Below, one piece after another: positions 35,430 through 48,005 of a DNA stretch of 64,000 bases. The position numbers and the translations under genes were made by a program. The first letter of the stretch is position 1; every line of letters starts with the position of its first letter. This DNA is from Anthoceros angustus (taxonomy: Eukaryota; Plantae; Anthocerotophyta), in the NCBI GenBank assembly GCA_010909165.1, contig VJWM01000209.1, positions 186,001 to 250,000 on the forward strand, read 5' to 3'. The notes under the pieces were generated by a model that was not told where the DNA came from, searched no databases, and was given only the letters and a program-made list of their open reading frames with translations.

Positions 35430-38400
35430 GGCCTAGGTTTGTCTCCGAACCCCATTTTGGCCCCAACCATCCAGAAATGCACATGTCTCATTTCACTGTT
35501 TTCAGTGATTTGCGAACCCACAGCCCATGCATCCGAGCCCAAAAGAAGACCTAATGTGCCCACCGTCCACACAAATGCCGGACACACCTTTGTACCAAGT
35601 GGCGGATGATCATGACTTATGCTCCAAAGAGTCGGAGTGCCAACGTCCGCACTTATACTCCAAAGAGGTGCAATACATCGGGTTTGGAGAGGGTTGCGTC
35701 AATACTTGTGTAGGCAAGCACTTTCGTTCAAGTTGCTTGTGCACACTTGCCACCGTACCAACACTCACATCAATTCTCTTTTCAAACCCCGTGATTGAGC
35801 AATCCCGGAATACAGATGGCCCCTCAGGTGTCGGAGATAAGCCGCACTTAGATCTGCAACATTGGGCCTTGGAGAATTGGACAAGGTAAAGGATGGTGAG
35901 GCCTCCTCAACCGTTCTTGATCAAACTCTTCAGAGCTTACACTTCTTCTTGTCAAGTCCGTACCGCTTTCAACCTTAATCTATCCATGGGTGGCACATGG
36001 AGCAAGTCAGATCTTAAATTCAAAATCTCCTGGCGAAGCTTGGCTATAGTTCGTCTCTCACCACCTAGCTGCGCCACAGCTATAGTGGGCGTCACAGTGG
36101 GTATAGACAGGTCCTCCTTCAGAGCCTCACTGAAATACTCAGCCATTTGGTCAAAACCCCCACCTCGGGCGACCAGCCCTCTTTCTTCAGATACTCACTG
36201 GCTCTCACTAGGGCTCGCAGTGGCCAGGCAAAATGCTCTCTTATGCTTGTGTTCGACTGCATCCGACAGGCTTTCATTACTCAAGGAAAAATCATCTATT
36301 TTATTTATTTTCTTGCTTCTCTGCAAAACATTGTGAAACATTGTCGTCTTCAAAAGGTTGGCCATTAGAAAACACCATCATACATGTCGAATTTTGGAAA
36401 ATGTAGCTCATCTAGAAACCAAGGCCTATGCATCTATACGTGCATCAAACTCGAATGAGCGGACATTTGGCGCACCAATCAAAGAGATCCAGCAAGTCAT
36501 CGGAAGGGCACATAGAGTAAGGCCAAAAGGTTTTACATGTTGTATACAAAGCGAATGTGGAATATAACATCAACCAACAAATGATTTTCAAAAATAATAT
36601 TCATGACTTTACGCCTAGATACCGGATGATTTACAAATTTTTCAAACCACTAAAAATCAACACTCCATCCTAGTATTGATACGCCTCTAGGTTTGTCTCG
36701 AACCCCATTTTGGCTAACCATCCGAAATGCACATGTCTCATTTCACTTTCGATGATTTGCGAACCCACCCATGCATCCGAGCCCAAAAGAAGACCTAATG
36801 TGCCCACCGTCCGCACACAAAATGCGGACACACCTTTGTACCAAGTGGCGGATGGTGGCACTTATGCTCCAAAAGTGAGTGCCAGGTCCACTTATACTCA
36901 AGAGGTGCAATACACGGGTTTGGAGAGGGTTGCGTCAATACTTGTGTAGGCAAGCACTTTCGTTCAAGTTGCTTGTGCACACTTGCCACCGCACCAACAC
37001 TCACATCAATTCTCTTTTCAAACCCCGTGATTCAGAGCAATCCCAGACGGCAGGCATACCCTGTCTGACCTGGCCCCTCCGTGTCGGAGATAAGCCGCAC
37101 TTAGATCTGCAGCATTGGGCCCGCGGGCGAGAATTGGACAAGGTAAAGGATGGTGAGGCCTCCTCAACCGTTCTTGATCAAACTCTTCAGAGCTTACATT
37201 TCTTCTTGTCAAGTCCGTACCGCTTTCAACCTTAATCTATCCATGGGTGGCACATGGAGCAAGTCAGATCTTAAATTCAAAATCTCCTGGCGAAGCTTGG
37301 CTATAGTTCGTCTCTCACACCTAGCTGCGCCACGGTATGGGCGTCACGGTGGGTATAGACAGGTCCTCCTTGAGCCTCACGAAATACTCAGCCATTTGGT
37401 CAAAACCCCCTCGACGCCCTCTTTCTTCAGATACTCCTGGCTCTCACTAGGGCTCGTGGCGAGCGGATGCTCTCTTATGCTTGTGTTCGATCGCATCCGG
37501 CTTTCATTACTCAAGGAAAAATCATCTATTCTATTTATTTTCTTGCTTCTCTGCAAAACATTGTGAAACATTGTCGTCTTCAAAAAGGTTGGCCATTAGA
37601 AACCACCATCATACATGTCGAATTTTGGAAAATGTAGCTCATCTAGAAACCAAGGCCTATGCATCTATACGTGCATCAAACTCGAATGAGCCGGACATTT
37701 GGCGCACCAATCAAAGAGATCCAACTGCAAGTCATCGGAAGGGCACATAGAGTAAGGCCAAAAAGGTTTTACATGTTGTATACAAAGCGAATGTGGGAAT
37801 ATAACATCAACCAACAAATGATTTTCAAAAATAATATTCATGACTTTACGCCTAGATACCGGATGATTTACAAATTTTTCAAACCACTAAAAATCAACAC
37901 TCCATCCTAGTATTGATACGCCTCTAGGTTGCTTAAGATGGAGTTGTTACAAAGTTTTCAAAGCGCCAAAACAAGCAAGCCATCCTAGCACTAATCGACC
38001 CAAGAGTGCATCCCGGGAAGTTCTAAAGCACCAAAGTCAAGCACCCCATCCTAATCTTGGTCACGACCCGGGTGCTTAATTTTGGAGTTCTTATGCCAAA
38101 ACAAACGGCAGTCCTAGGACTAATCCGACCCAAGAGTGCGTGTCCGTGGAGTTCTCAAAGCACCAAAGTCAAGCACCCCATCCCGGTAATCGATCCGACC
38201 GAGGGTGCTTAATCTCGGAGTTCTTATACCACTGTGTCTATCTCCACCCTTACCCGTCTTATACCAGTGTGTCTATCTCCACCCTTACCCGAGTGGATGT
38301 GTCATGCCGTGTGATACTAATCTCTGCACTTGGGTTTAGTGTTTGATTAGCATTCATTGATCTAATTACTTATCTTTAAGTAAGTAATTAGTGTTAATTA

Positions 38401-40138
38401 ATCTAAAGTGCTTATGTTAATTAAGCGTTGATTAGTATTAATTAATCTAATGTGCTTATGTTAATTAAGCATTGATTAGTGTTAATTAAACATGGTTAGC
38501 AATAGCTAAGTGGATAAGCTCAAGTAATATGCTTTGGCATATTCCTTGCATATTATAGTGTATTCTTAGGATATTTTACGGCATGTCTTTGATGCGATAG
38601 GATATCTTAGGAATATGCCGATGCCATGGTCTAGTATATATAGACCCTTCCATTGAGACAAGCTCGGATCATAGCTTGTCCTCTAGATATGCAATGCAAG
38701 GGTGTTGTGAGGAGGCCAAAGCTATGACTGAGATCGAATGAGCGGACATTTGGCGCACCAATCAAAGAGATCCAGCAAGTCATCGGAAGGGCACATAGAG
38801 TAAGGCCAAAAGGTTTTACATGTTGTATACAAAGCGAATGTGGGAATATAACATCAACCAACAAATGATTTTCAAAAATAATATTCATGACTTTACGCCT
38901 AGATAGGGATGATTTACAAATTTTTCAAACCACTAAAATCAACACTCCATCCTAGTATTGATACGCCTCTAGGTTGCTTAAGATGGAGTTGTTACAAAGT
39001 TTTCAAAGCGCCAAAACAAGCAAGCCATCCTAGCACTAATCGACCCAAGAGTGCATAGGAAGTTCTAAAGCACCAAAGTCAAGCACCCCATCCTGTCTCT
39101 TGGTGACCTGCTTAATTTTGGAGTTCTTATGCCAAAAACAAGCAACCCGTCCTAGGACTAATCCGACCCAAGAGTGCGTATCCGTGGAGTTCTCAAAGCA
39201 CCAAAGTCAAAGCACCCCATCCTGGTACTGATCCGACCCGAGGGTGCTTAATCTCGGAGTTCTTATACCACTGTGTCTATCTCCACCCTTACCCGTCTTA
39301 TACCAGTGTGTCTATCTCCACCCTTACCCGAGTGGATGTGTCATGCCGTGTGATACTAATCTCTGCACTTGGGTTTAGTGTTTGATTAGCATTCATTGAT
39401 CTAATTACTTATCTTTAAGTAAGTAATTAGTGTTAATTAATCTAAAGTGCTTATGTTAATTAAGCGTTGATTAGTATTAATTAATCTAATGTGCTTATGT
39501 TAATTGCACTGATTAGTGTTAATTAAACATGGTTAGCAATAGCTAAGTGGATAAGCTCAAGTAATATGCTTTGGCATATTCCTTGCATATTATAGTGTAT
39601 TCTTAGGATATTTTACGGCATATGTCACGATGCCAGGATATCTTAGGAATATGCCGATGCCAGGGTCTAGTATATATAGACCCTTCCATTGAGGACAAGC
39701 TCAGATCATAGCTTGTCCTCTAGATATGCAATGCAAGGGTGTTGTGAGGAGGCCAAAGCTATGACTCCGAGATCGATGTGTGAGGAATTTGCGTGTTGTT
39801 CTCGTGGGGAGAGTGTGTTTGTGCCACGACGTGCGAGCTACTCCCTCCTGTTGTTACAAGCTATGATCTCGTGTGTGTACACTAGATAGGCCGTACTAGG
39901 CTTAGTATGATCTCAGCTTGTGTATGCTAGGCGATGCTAGGCGGTGCTAGGCGATGCTAGGTGACGCTAGGCGATGCTAGGTGACGCTAGATGATGCTAG
40001 GCCGTGCTAGGCGAGGCTACGCGAGGCGACGCTCGCTCTTTAAGCAAGTAGGCAAGGAACTCTCTAAAGTGTGCCCAAGGCTTGAGGCCTAGAGAGGGGA
40101 CCAAATCCAAGGCCAAGGAGAGGAGGCGAAGAAGCCCA
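35430..40138 (+). mobile_element. Retroelement-like repeat (antisense ORF remnant plus LTR/leader-like DNA) with two overlapping tandem duplications
   Basis: 35430-36686 is repeated at 36686-37928, and 37682-38733 at 38734-39776. It has TTAATTAA-rich blocks, TATATATA at ~38635 and ~39672, and GCTAGGCGAT 10-mers at 39926-40020. It ends in the CCAAGG repeat matching 24060-24305. Confidence 0.5.
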
Positions 40139-43100
40139 GTATTAGGCAGACGCGGGCGTCACGGCCGAGAACGGTCGAGGCCGTGAGGCCCGAACCGTTC
40201 TGCCGTGCGCCCGGCCAGCGCGTCCGTTCAGGCGTAAAGGGCCGATGCAGGGGCCGAGGCCGCCCAGCTTCATTGCGGGGGCGGGGCGGGGTGAACTTGT
40301 TTAGACCGGTGCCTATATCACCCGGCTTATATGTCATTTCTCTCTCTTACAAAGAATTTACCCTTCACTCTTTGTATCATTTCGTTTTCAATCCTTTTAC
40401 ACAATAAAAGGATTATCATCCTTTATCGTAATTAGGCTCTAATCAAAATAGTTTTGGTTAAATCACACATATTCTATTGGAGTAGATGGAGTGTAATATG
40501 GTTCGGTCGTCCGTCTCTTGAATAGTACTTTTGAGCTGCTGATTGTATGGTCCGGATAAATGTATTATCATTTGAATATTTCATCAAGCGAGAATATTTA
40601 CGCAATTTAAACCATTGTCGAATTCATATATAAAACTTATCTATTTTTAACTTTAGTACTCACCTCAAAGAGTGAAAACAACTCGTTTTGATTCTCCGAT
40701 AACTACAAACAAAAAGTAAAAGTAATTAGTCATTTACCTCCATTTCAATTCGGAGAAGATCTTTCTTTGCATATACCTTTTGACAAGCGTTAAACACGTC
40801 TTTGTGAAGATTCCCCACTCGGAAATGTGATCGTATGTTACGAAGAAACATAAACATTAGAATTTTTTGGAATGCAAGCGGATATTACCTTTCAAACGAT
40901 GTACCTTTTGAATGTTTTAGTTGTCTCTGGTTCTTCCATGAGAGACAACAAGTCTGTCGTTTTCAACTCCTTATTTTCAATTGCTGCCCTATCTCGCATT
41001 CAATGCATCAATTACATTACATAGAATTATATGTAATGAAAATAATAGAGAAAAGAGAAGTTATCGCTTACTTGCTTGGATCTGCATCTTTTCGAATGTT
41101 GGGTTGGACCCATCTTCATTCAAGATGGGTCAGATTGCTCTTTTAGACTATGCTCCCAAATTGCATACTTATTTTTAAAGTCTTGAAAAGTGGTGGATAT
41201 TGAAAATTGCTCATCCACTTTCCAAACTCGGTGAACTCAAGTGACGGCCCGTAAGTTGGTCCATCCTCCTCAAGTCATCAATTTTTCTCTTTTGCACGAT
41301 CAAAACCAAAATCATTACTTTCTTAAACCAAAATCATATTAATGCACATTATATACATAATACATTTTGTATACGATTGGAGATGGCTGCGTTGTCAATG
41401 TTGTTGTCAATCTTATCGACTTTGTCCTTTATGTTTTTGACGGCACTTGTTTTCCGGCGATACGTAATGCCAAGTTATAAGAAGGTCAATGTGAAGAAGC
41501 AAAGAAGGTATGAATGTATTAATTTGATTACCTCCGATCTTGCTGGATTGAACTTTGATATCCCTCCAACATTGTTTGCATTGAAATCGGTGTCCATTAA
41601 ACCTTTCCACAAGTGTACGCTTCACCCAATTGAGTCGTTGTTCGAAGGTTCTTTTGATATCCTGCAGAGATAAATTTAGGGTTAAGATTTTGGATTTGAG
41701 CATACTTAGATCAAGTTTATGAAATAAAGAAAAGTGCTTACCTTCTTTATCTTATTCAACTGGGCAGGCATCTCGCAAAGATGCTTAAGGTCTTGTTTGT
41801 CCATCACAGAGAACATTGTGTGCTCGCAGAGGACTGCAACCCACGGGTTTTGTTAGACTCTGACCAACGAGAACATACAGGACTAACAGCAATCATTTTT
41901 CCTGAATACCTTTTTCTACGATCTTTCTGATCTCCAGCAGTGGTGGTTCAAACTCTGCATTAGCGTCATATCCTGGATCCCCATGGGTGGGAAGTAATTT
42001 GTCTGAGTGACGCTCACAGGGTGGCGTCATGTAGTTGCTGTCTGCAGGGGGTTGACACAATAGATATTAGTAAATGTGAAAGCAAAATAAGAAACGTATA
42101 ATACGAATAACAATCAAGTACCTTCTTGGATTTGAAAATCGTTATTGCTTCCGTTCTCAGATTCCATCCTGATTCAAAAAAGCCATCAGTACACTAATCA
42201 TAGTGGAGAGCTACCGTCAAATCAGACTGAACAAGACGCATCGCGCACAAAAGAGCAACAAGTTGAGTAATTGGACCGGACGTACTTACACTAGAGTGGC
42301 GCCTTCTTGCGTGACCTTTGGCTGCAGCTCGAATTCCTGAAAGAGGAGAGGGGCGTGAGTTTACAAAGTGCATAACACATCCGCGTGTTGCGGCATCCGC
42401 GTTTTGCGGCATGCCGCCACTCAACGGCGCGTGTTGCGGCATGCCGCTACTCAACGCCGCGTGTTGCGGCATGCCGCCACTCAACGCCACGTGTTGCGGC
42501 ATGTCGCCACTCAAGCATCTACTAGGCGTTGACTCGACTGTAGCGGTGACGTCAAGCATGCGGTGGCGTCCGCGCGTGGGCGCACTCGCCTTATACGTCC
42601 CATGCGCAACTGCATCTCCACCCAACTACCATGCCCGCGACAACATTTGACAAGCATACTTCTTTAACTACTGCATGGGTGATGGAGGGTAACTTACAGT
42701 TGTGGTTTTTCGTGTGGTTGGACCTCGGACACCACACTAAGGCCACGTGTTTCCGGTTTCGTGATCTAGGAAGGCAGCGAAGATTAAGCCGATGCATAGC
42801 GTCAGCGGTTCGGAGACAACACTATCGAGGACACGTAAGCTTATTCTTGATCGTGATCGGACTTTGAAAAAGGAAACAAGCAAATGGAAGTAAGGTGAGT
42901 TTGGCGACTTGGCCTTTATTCTGTTACTTAGCTGGACCACTGTGGTTTTGTGCGCTATGTCTCGATATACGCAACAAATCACTTGATAAGCAAGGTTGAA
43001 GCGGCAAACTCACGATGCGATAACGAATCCAGAGCGAGGCGGAAGCAAAAGCCAGCGAGGCATGGCGTTGGCAATTGAACGAAAACAAAAGAAAAGACAT

Positions 43101-46100
43101 GACGTAAGTGTGCTTGACAACGTACCCACGGAGGACGCCGTCGAGGGCTTGCTGCAGCTATGTCTCTGAGACGTCTGCAAATTAAATCATGCAAGGCAGG
43201 TCAAAGCAGCAAACTCACGAGGGCGATTACAGCTACCCGGGGCGGGCGGAAGCAAAAGCCAGCGCGGCGGTGGCGTTAATGGGCTGCAACGAAAACAAAA
43301 GAAAAGCGGCGTGCTTGACAACGTACCCACGGAGGACGCCGTCGAGTGTTTTGTCCAGCTATGTCTCTGAGACTTCAGCAAATTAAATCAAGCAAGCGAC
43401 AAGCGGGCGATGGCGATTACAGCTACCCAGAGCGAGGCGGAAGTAAAAGCCGACAGGCGTTGCAATTGGGCTGCAACGAAAACAAAAGAGAAAAGACACG
43501 ACGTAAGTGTGCTTGACGTCGTAGAGGCGCGGTCGAGACTTCTTGATGTCGTGTTGGCGGTGGAAGGAGATAGTGACGGACCAATGTGGGCTGCAAGGGG
43601 CGTGATCGGATGGTTTGCGGCGTGAGGCAATTAGCGGACCACCTAGATCCACGGAACTAAAGCGGTGAACAAAAGATGTGCATCGCATGTAGTGGTGACT
43701 TAGATGAAAGGAAGGAGCCGATTGCGCGGACCTTCTCCGAGGACTCCGTAAGCGTGAGCGAATGGTCACTCGGCGGCGATGATAATCGGACCGCGCCCGA
43801 CCCGCGTCTGACTGGCGGCGTGTTGGCGGTGACCACTAACCCTATGTGCATGCTTAAGTCGAAAGTTAGGGTTCTAGATGGTTCGATGGTGGGTTGGCGA
43901 TCTGTGGTTGGCCGGTCCTACCGCATCGGGGTTGGAGATTAGGTTTGGTCTTAGGCTAGGTTTGGAAAATTGAATCTAGGTTTGGTTGAGCAGTAGCGGG
44001 TGAATAGCAAACCTACGGTGGTTTGGAATTGGGCTCGGAATGTTAGGTTCGGTAAATTCAAACCAGCTTGGTAGAGAGAGAACGGCGCGAGTGAGAATGT
44101 TTAGGGTTTGCTGGCCTATATAAATGGCTTCCTCAGCGCGAGTTCTTTTGTCATTCTCTTTTCAAGTCCGAGGTGGTCTCGGCGAGGCTTAGGTGTTTTG
44201 CTCGTGTTTAGTTTCGTAGGCCAAGGTCCTCCTTACATTTGGGAAGGAGCTAGTTCTAGTTTGTTTCAAGGCCAAGGTGTTCTAGGTTCGCTAGGCTAAG
44301 GTGCATTCATAGCTCATTCAAGGCCAAGGTGTTCTAGGTTCGCTAGGCTAAGGTCGTTTAAGTTTTGGGGCCAAGGTTCTTTCGTGCCCTTTCCAATGGT
44401 TAAGGCCTTTCTCGACCGTTCGAAGGCCAAGGTGTCGGTAAAGTTTGTTTGAAGGCCAAGGTTCTTTGCTTTGAAGGTTCTTTTTGAAGGCCAAGGGGTT
44501 CCCATGTTCGAAGGCCAAGGTGTCTTTGCCTCTAAGGTCCAGGTGCTTGCTTAGTCCGAAGGCCAAGGTTGTTTGGTACCGAAGGCCAAGGTTTCTGTTC
44601 GCTTAAAGGTTAAGGCCTTTTGCTCCCATTTGAAGTCGCTGTCCATCTGCGTTCACGTTGTTTTTTTTCTGTTCCTTGACGTCTGTTGCTTTTGTGTCTT
44701 GTTGTTTTGTGCGGTTTTGTTGTTGCTTCGTTGCTACGGGAGTAGTGTATTTGGCGCTTTGGTCTGTTTCATTGCTGTTTTTCTAGTTTGTTCGGGTTCT
44801 GTGTTTTGTCTACCTCTATGGTGGTAGTGTATTCAAGTTTCTATATACGTCGTAGGATGTTTTGTGTATTTTGTCCTGTTGTTTATGTTGTTCTTTGCCT
44901 GTGCGTGATTGTTTATCTTTCTTAGGGAAAGACCTGCTAAGATGTTATCTGATTTGTATGTCCCTAGTGCTGTTTGTTCTATTTGATTTCTCGTTCGTAG
45001 TTCATTCGTTCTTTATGTTGTTCTTTTGTTCGCCGGCGTCGATGGTGTTACTTCCTCTCATGTAAGCGACCAGCCGTATTGTCTTCGACTTAGCTTTGAG
45101 CTTACATGGTTGGCTAGGCTTACTTTTGTTCTCATTGCATGTGTGATACTTGTGTTCTTTCTCTTCGCAAAATCTCGTATTGCTTGTTTTGTTTTGTTTT
45201 GTTGGAAGTGTCCCTTTATCGCTTGTCGTTGTGGTTCCATGGCTTGGTATCATTTCTTTTGTCTTGCCCGTCTTCTTGTCTCTATCGCGTTACCTGATCG
45301 TTTTTGTTATTTAGGTTTCGATTCGTGTTTGTTCGTGTAATTTTGTTTTGTTGGTTTAAAATGTCGTTAGCGACATACTGCTATTCAAGTCTTTGTTCTC
45401 GTACAGCTTTCGCTTTGCTCGTGTGTTGTAACCCTCTCCCGTTGTGTTTTGTGCAGTCAACTTTTCGTTTGAAGTGGCGGTTATAGATCGGGACCACTTT
45501 GGTAAGTCATCAAATGTCCTTTGTGTCAACTGGTTTCTCTGCGTTTACGCATATGTTGCTGTTGGAAAATGAATGTTATCTTCTCTTCAGTAGCTTTCAT
45601 TGTTTATAATGTTGAGCAGTATTTTGTTCTTAACTGTCTTCTATTCCTTTTTGAAACGCAGGGAGTAAACGGCTGCAAGAGGTTGTTGGACGTAAGAAAG
45701 GTTGGTTAACAGCCTTGTCAAGCTGTGATTTACATTTGTCCTGCTGTCATGGTTCTGTATCGTTTGTTTGTTGTGTCAGTCTGCAAATCTTGCCTTCTCG
45801 TTCTTTCTCGGAGAGCGTTCGCCTTGCTTGTGTGATCTTACTCTCTCCCGCTCTTTTGATGCAGTCAAGGTTTCGGACGTAGTGGCGGACACATTTGGGA
45901 CCTTGTTTGGTACGTCAGAAACTTTTGTTATTGCTTTACGTATGTTCGTTTAAAATGCTATCGGTTATCTTGCTTTCAATACCTTGCATTGTTCTTTATG
46001 TTGAGCAGCTTTTTTTAATTGTTTTGTATTTTTATGCGAGGCAGGAAGTAATTGCAAGATTTTTAATGTAAGAGAGTGTTGGTAACGATGCTGTGACTTG

Positions 46101-47868
46101 AGTTACATTTGTCTGGTTTACTTTTTTCAGCTCTTTGCATGACCTATCATAATTACATGTCGTTTGTTCTTTTGTCGGTTGCAAAACGTGTTCCTCTTTC
46201 TTATTGGTTTTGGCTTTGCATAAGCTTTCGGACAAGCTTTGTTCTGGACGGTTGAAGTTTTGTTTATGTTGTTATCCTTGATATGGTATGATTACTGTAT
46301 GTATTGACCTGATGGTCTTTGTCATTTTCGTCATTGTTTGGTTGCTGCTGTGGTAAGAGTTTGCTTTGGTACCACTTATAAGTTATTTAATTCTGAAATT
46401 TTTGTGTGTAGGCTTAACTGTTCATCGTGTGAAGGGTTGGCAAGCTCGATTACAGTGCATCTGAATCGGGATAACCTCTTCTTGCTTGATTAGTCACTAT
46501 TGAATGTTCGATGTTTTGTCTTTGTCTTTGTCTGCTTTGGGGCTAATAGTTTTTTGTTCTTATTATTTGGCAAATAGGTCTAATTACGGAAATATGTGGG
46601 TATTTTTGGGAAGGAGTGCTCTTCTCACTAACATAAAGTGGAAAGGATCACTAAATTTAACAATGTGTAGATTCAATGAATGTTACATTCCATGTCCCCA
46701 CACCCCTCTCTTTGTCTTGGATTGTTTGATAATCATCTGTTAGACCCTTGAGGGTTCGTTTTGGAAGTTCAACACCACGTAAGTGTTTTTTTGGTTTTGA
46801 TTTTGTTTGTGAAGTTCTCCTTTTTGGATGGTTTTGTTCCTTGTCCACTCTAATTCTTTTTGGCTTTGCAGATGGCTCCTAAAAGAAAACCCCCTTACGG
46901 GCGTGGAAAAGCAAGGTCCTTGGCTGAAGTCATGGCTAAGCCGTACAAGCAGCGTGTCAAATCCATGATTCTTCATCGCAACCCATCCACGCAGGATGAT
47001 GGTAAAGTTGATGGTGTCTTGGTGCAGTGAAGGAACTTATTTAGTTCCCAAAAGACATTCCTAAACCGCCAAGGCACTTCTCATCCAAGAAGGATGCTCA
47101 CGTGCGGTGAGTTTGTTCGAAGAGGAGAAGGGTGGACACTCGACACATGGCATTGGTTGAAGGTCCTCTTGCGAGATTACTAACTATGTCCCGATTATCG
47201 AGAGAGGGGTCCGGTTGTGGGGAGAATGATTTCTTGATAACCGACGATCCCATGGTTGTGAGTCTTTGCCAAAGCCCGTCTGAGTCTAGAGATTTGTGTC
47301 TGCCGTTGAGCAGAATGCTTTACAGTGGGCGTTTTCCATACTGTTGTGGTTCGACCACAGAGTCATCCACGATCAAGAAGTGCTCGATATGTTTGAGAGG
47401 CTAAAGTGTGATGATCCGAAGATGACTTTGCCATGGGTATGGAGGAAATTGATGATGAAGCAATTTTCGAGAGCAGGGATTTGACCCAATAGTCCTAGAG
47501 GGAGCTGTGAATGATGCTTTGAGTGGTGGGGAGGATAGGTCCAAACGGCAGAATAACTGGTGTCGTAGTCGTCTCAGGGCCTTTATGAAAGTGAGTGGGG
47601 TCAGGGGATGGGATACTGCTGTTGAGGATATCCCTCACAAGGATCTGAATCTTATTCTGATATCCTTTTTCCATCAAGTTCGGAATCTGAAGGACAACAG
47701 GAGATTTTCTCCAGAAACGTAAGTAGTGATGTTTTTTGACTTGTTGATTTTGATAGTTCTGACTTTCCTTCACATGACTGATTTGTGATTCTCTCTTGTG
47801 CAGGTTGATGTCTTTCTTTCGTGGTTTTAACCGAATTTTAACAAGGAAGTGCATCCTGAACCAAAGCT
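40139..47868 (+). mobile_element. Crypton-like element copy 2, remaining part in inverted orientation
   Basis: Reverse complement of ~14472-22110 plus the terminus. The YR N-terminal exons start cag|ATGGCTCCTAAAAGAAAA at 46872. Confidence 0.85.
42385..42515. repeat. 30-bp tandem repeat x4 with palindromic core GCGGCATGCCGC
   Basis: Units gcgtgttgcggcatgccgccactcaacgcc. Only about one unit is present in copy 1 (~19950-19990). Confidence 0.85.
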
Positions 47869-48005
47869 TGCGGATAGCAGACTTAGACTGCGAGAAATTT
47901 CAATATCTGGAGGATTATCTGGACTAAAAGCACTCAGTGATGAAAAGGTGGCTTTCAAGCTTGACATGTTGGACTTAGATCCTGCAAGGAGGAGTCAAGA
48001 ACCAA
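47869..48005 (+). pseudogene. Degenerate MTase motif I-II remnant (probable continuation of the 27203-27950 retroelement)
   Basis: LRLREISISGGLSGLKAL...LDLDPARR compared with IVLVELFGGI...AVLK...CDPDPKAR at 5540-5430. Confidence 0.4.
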
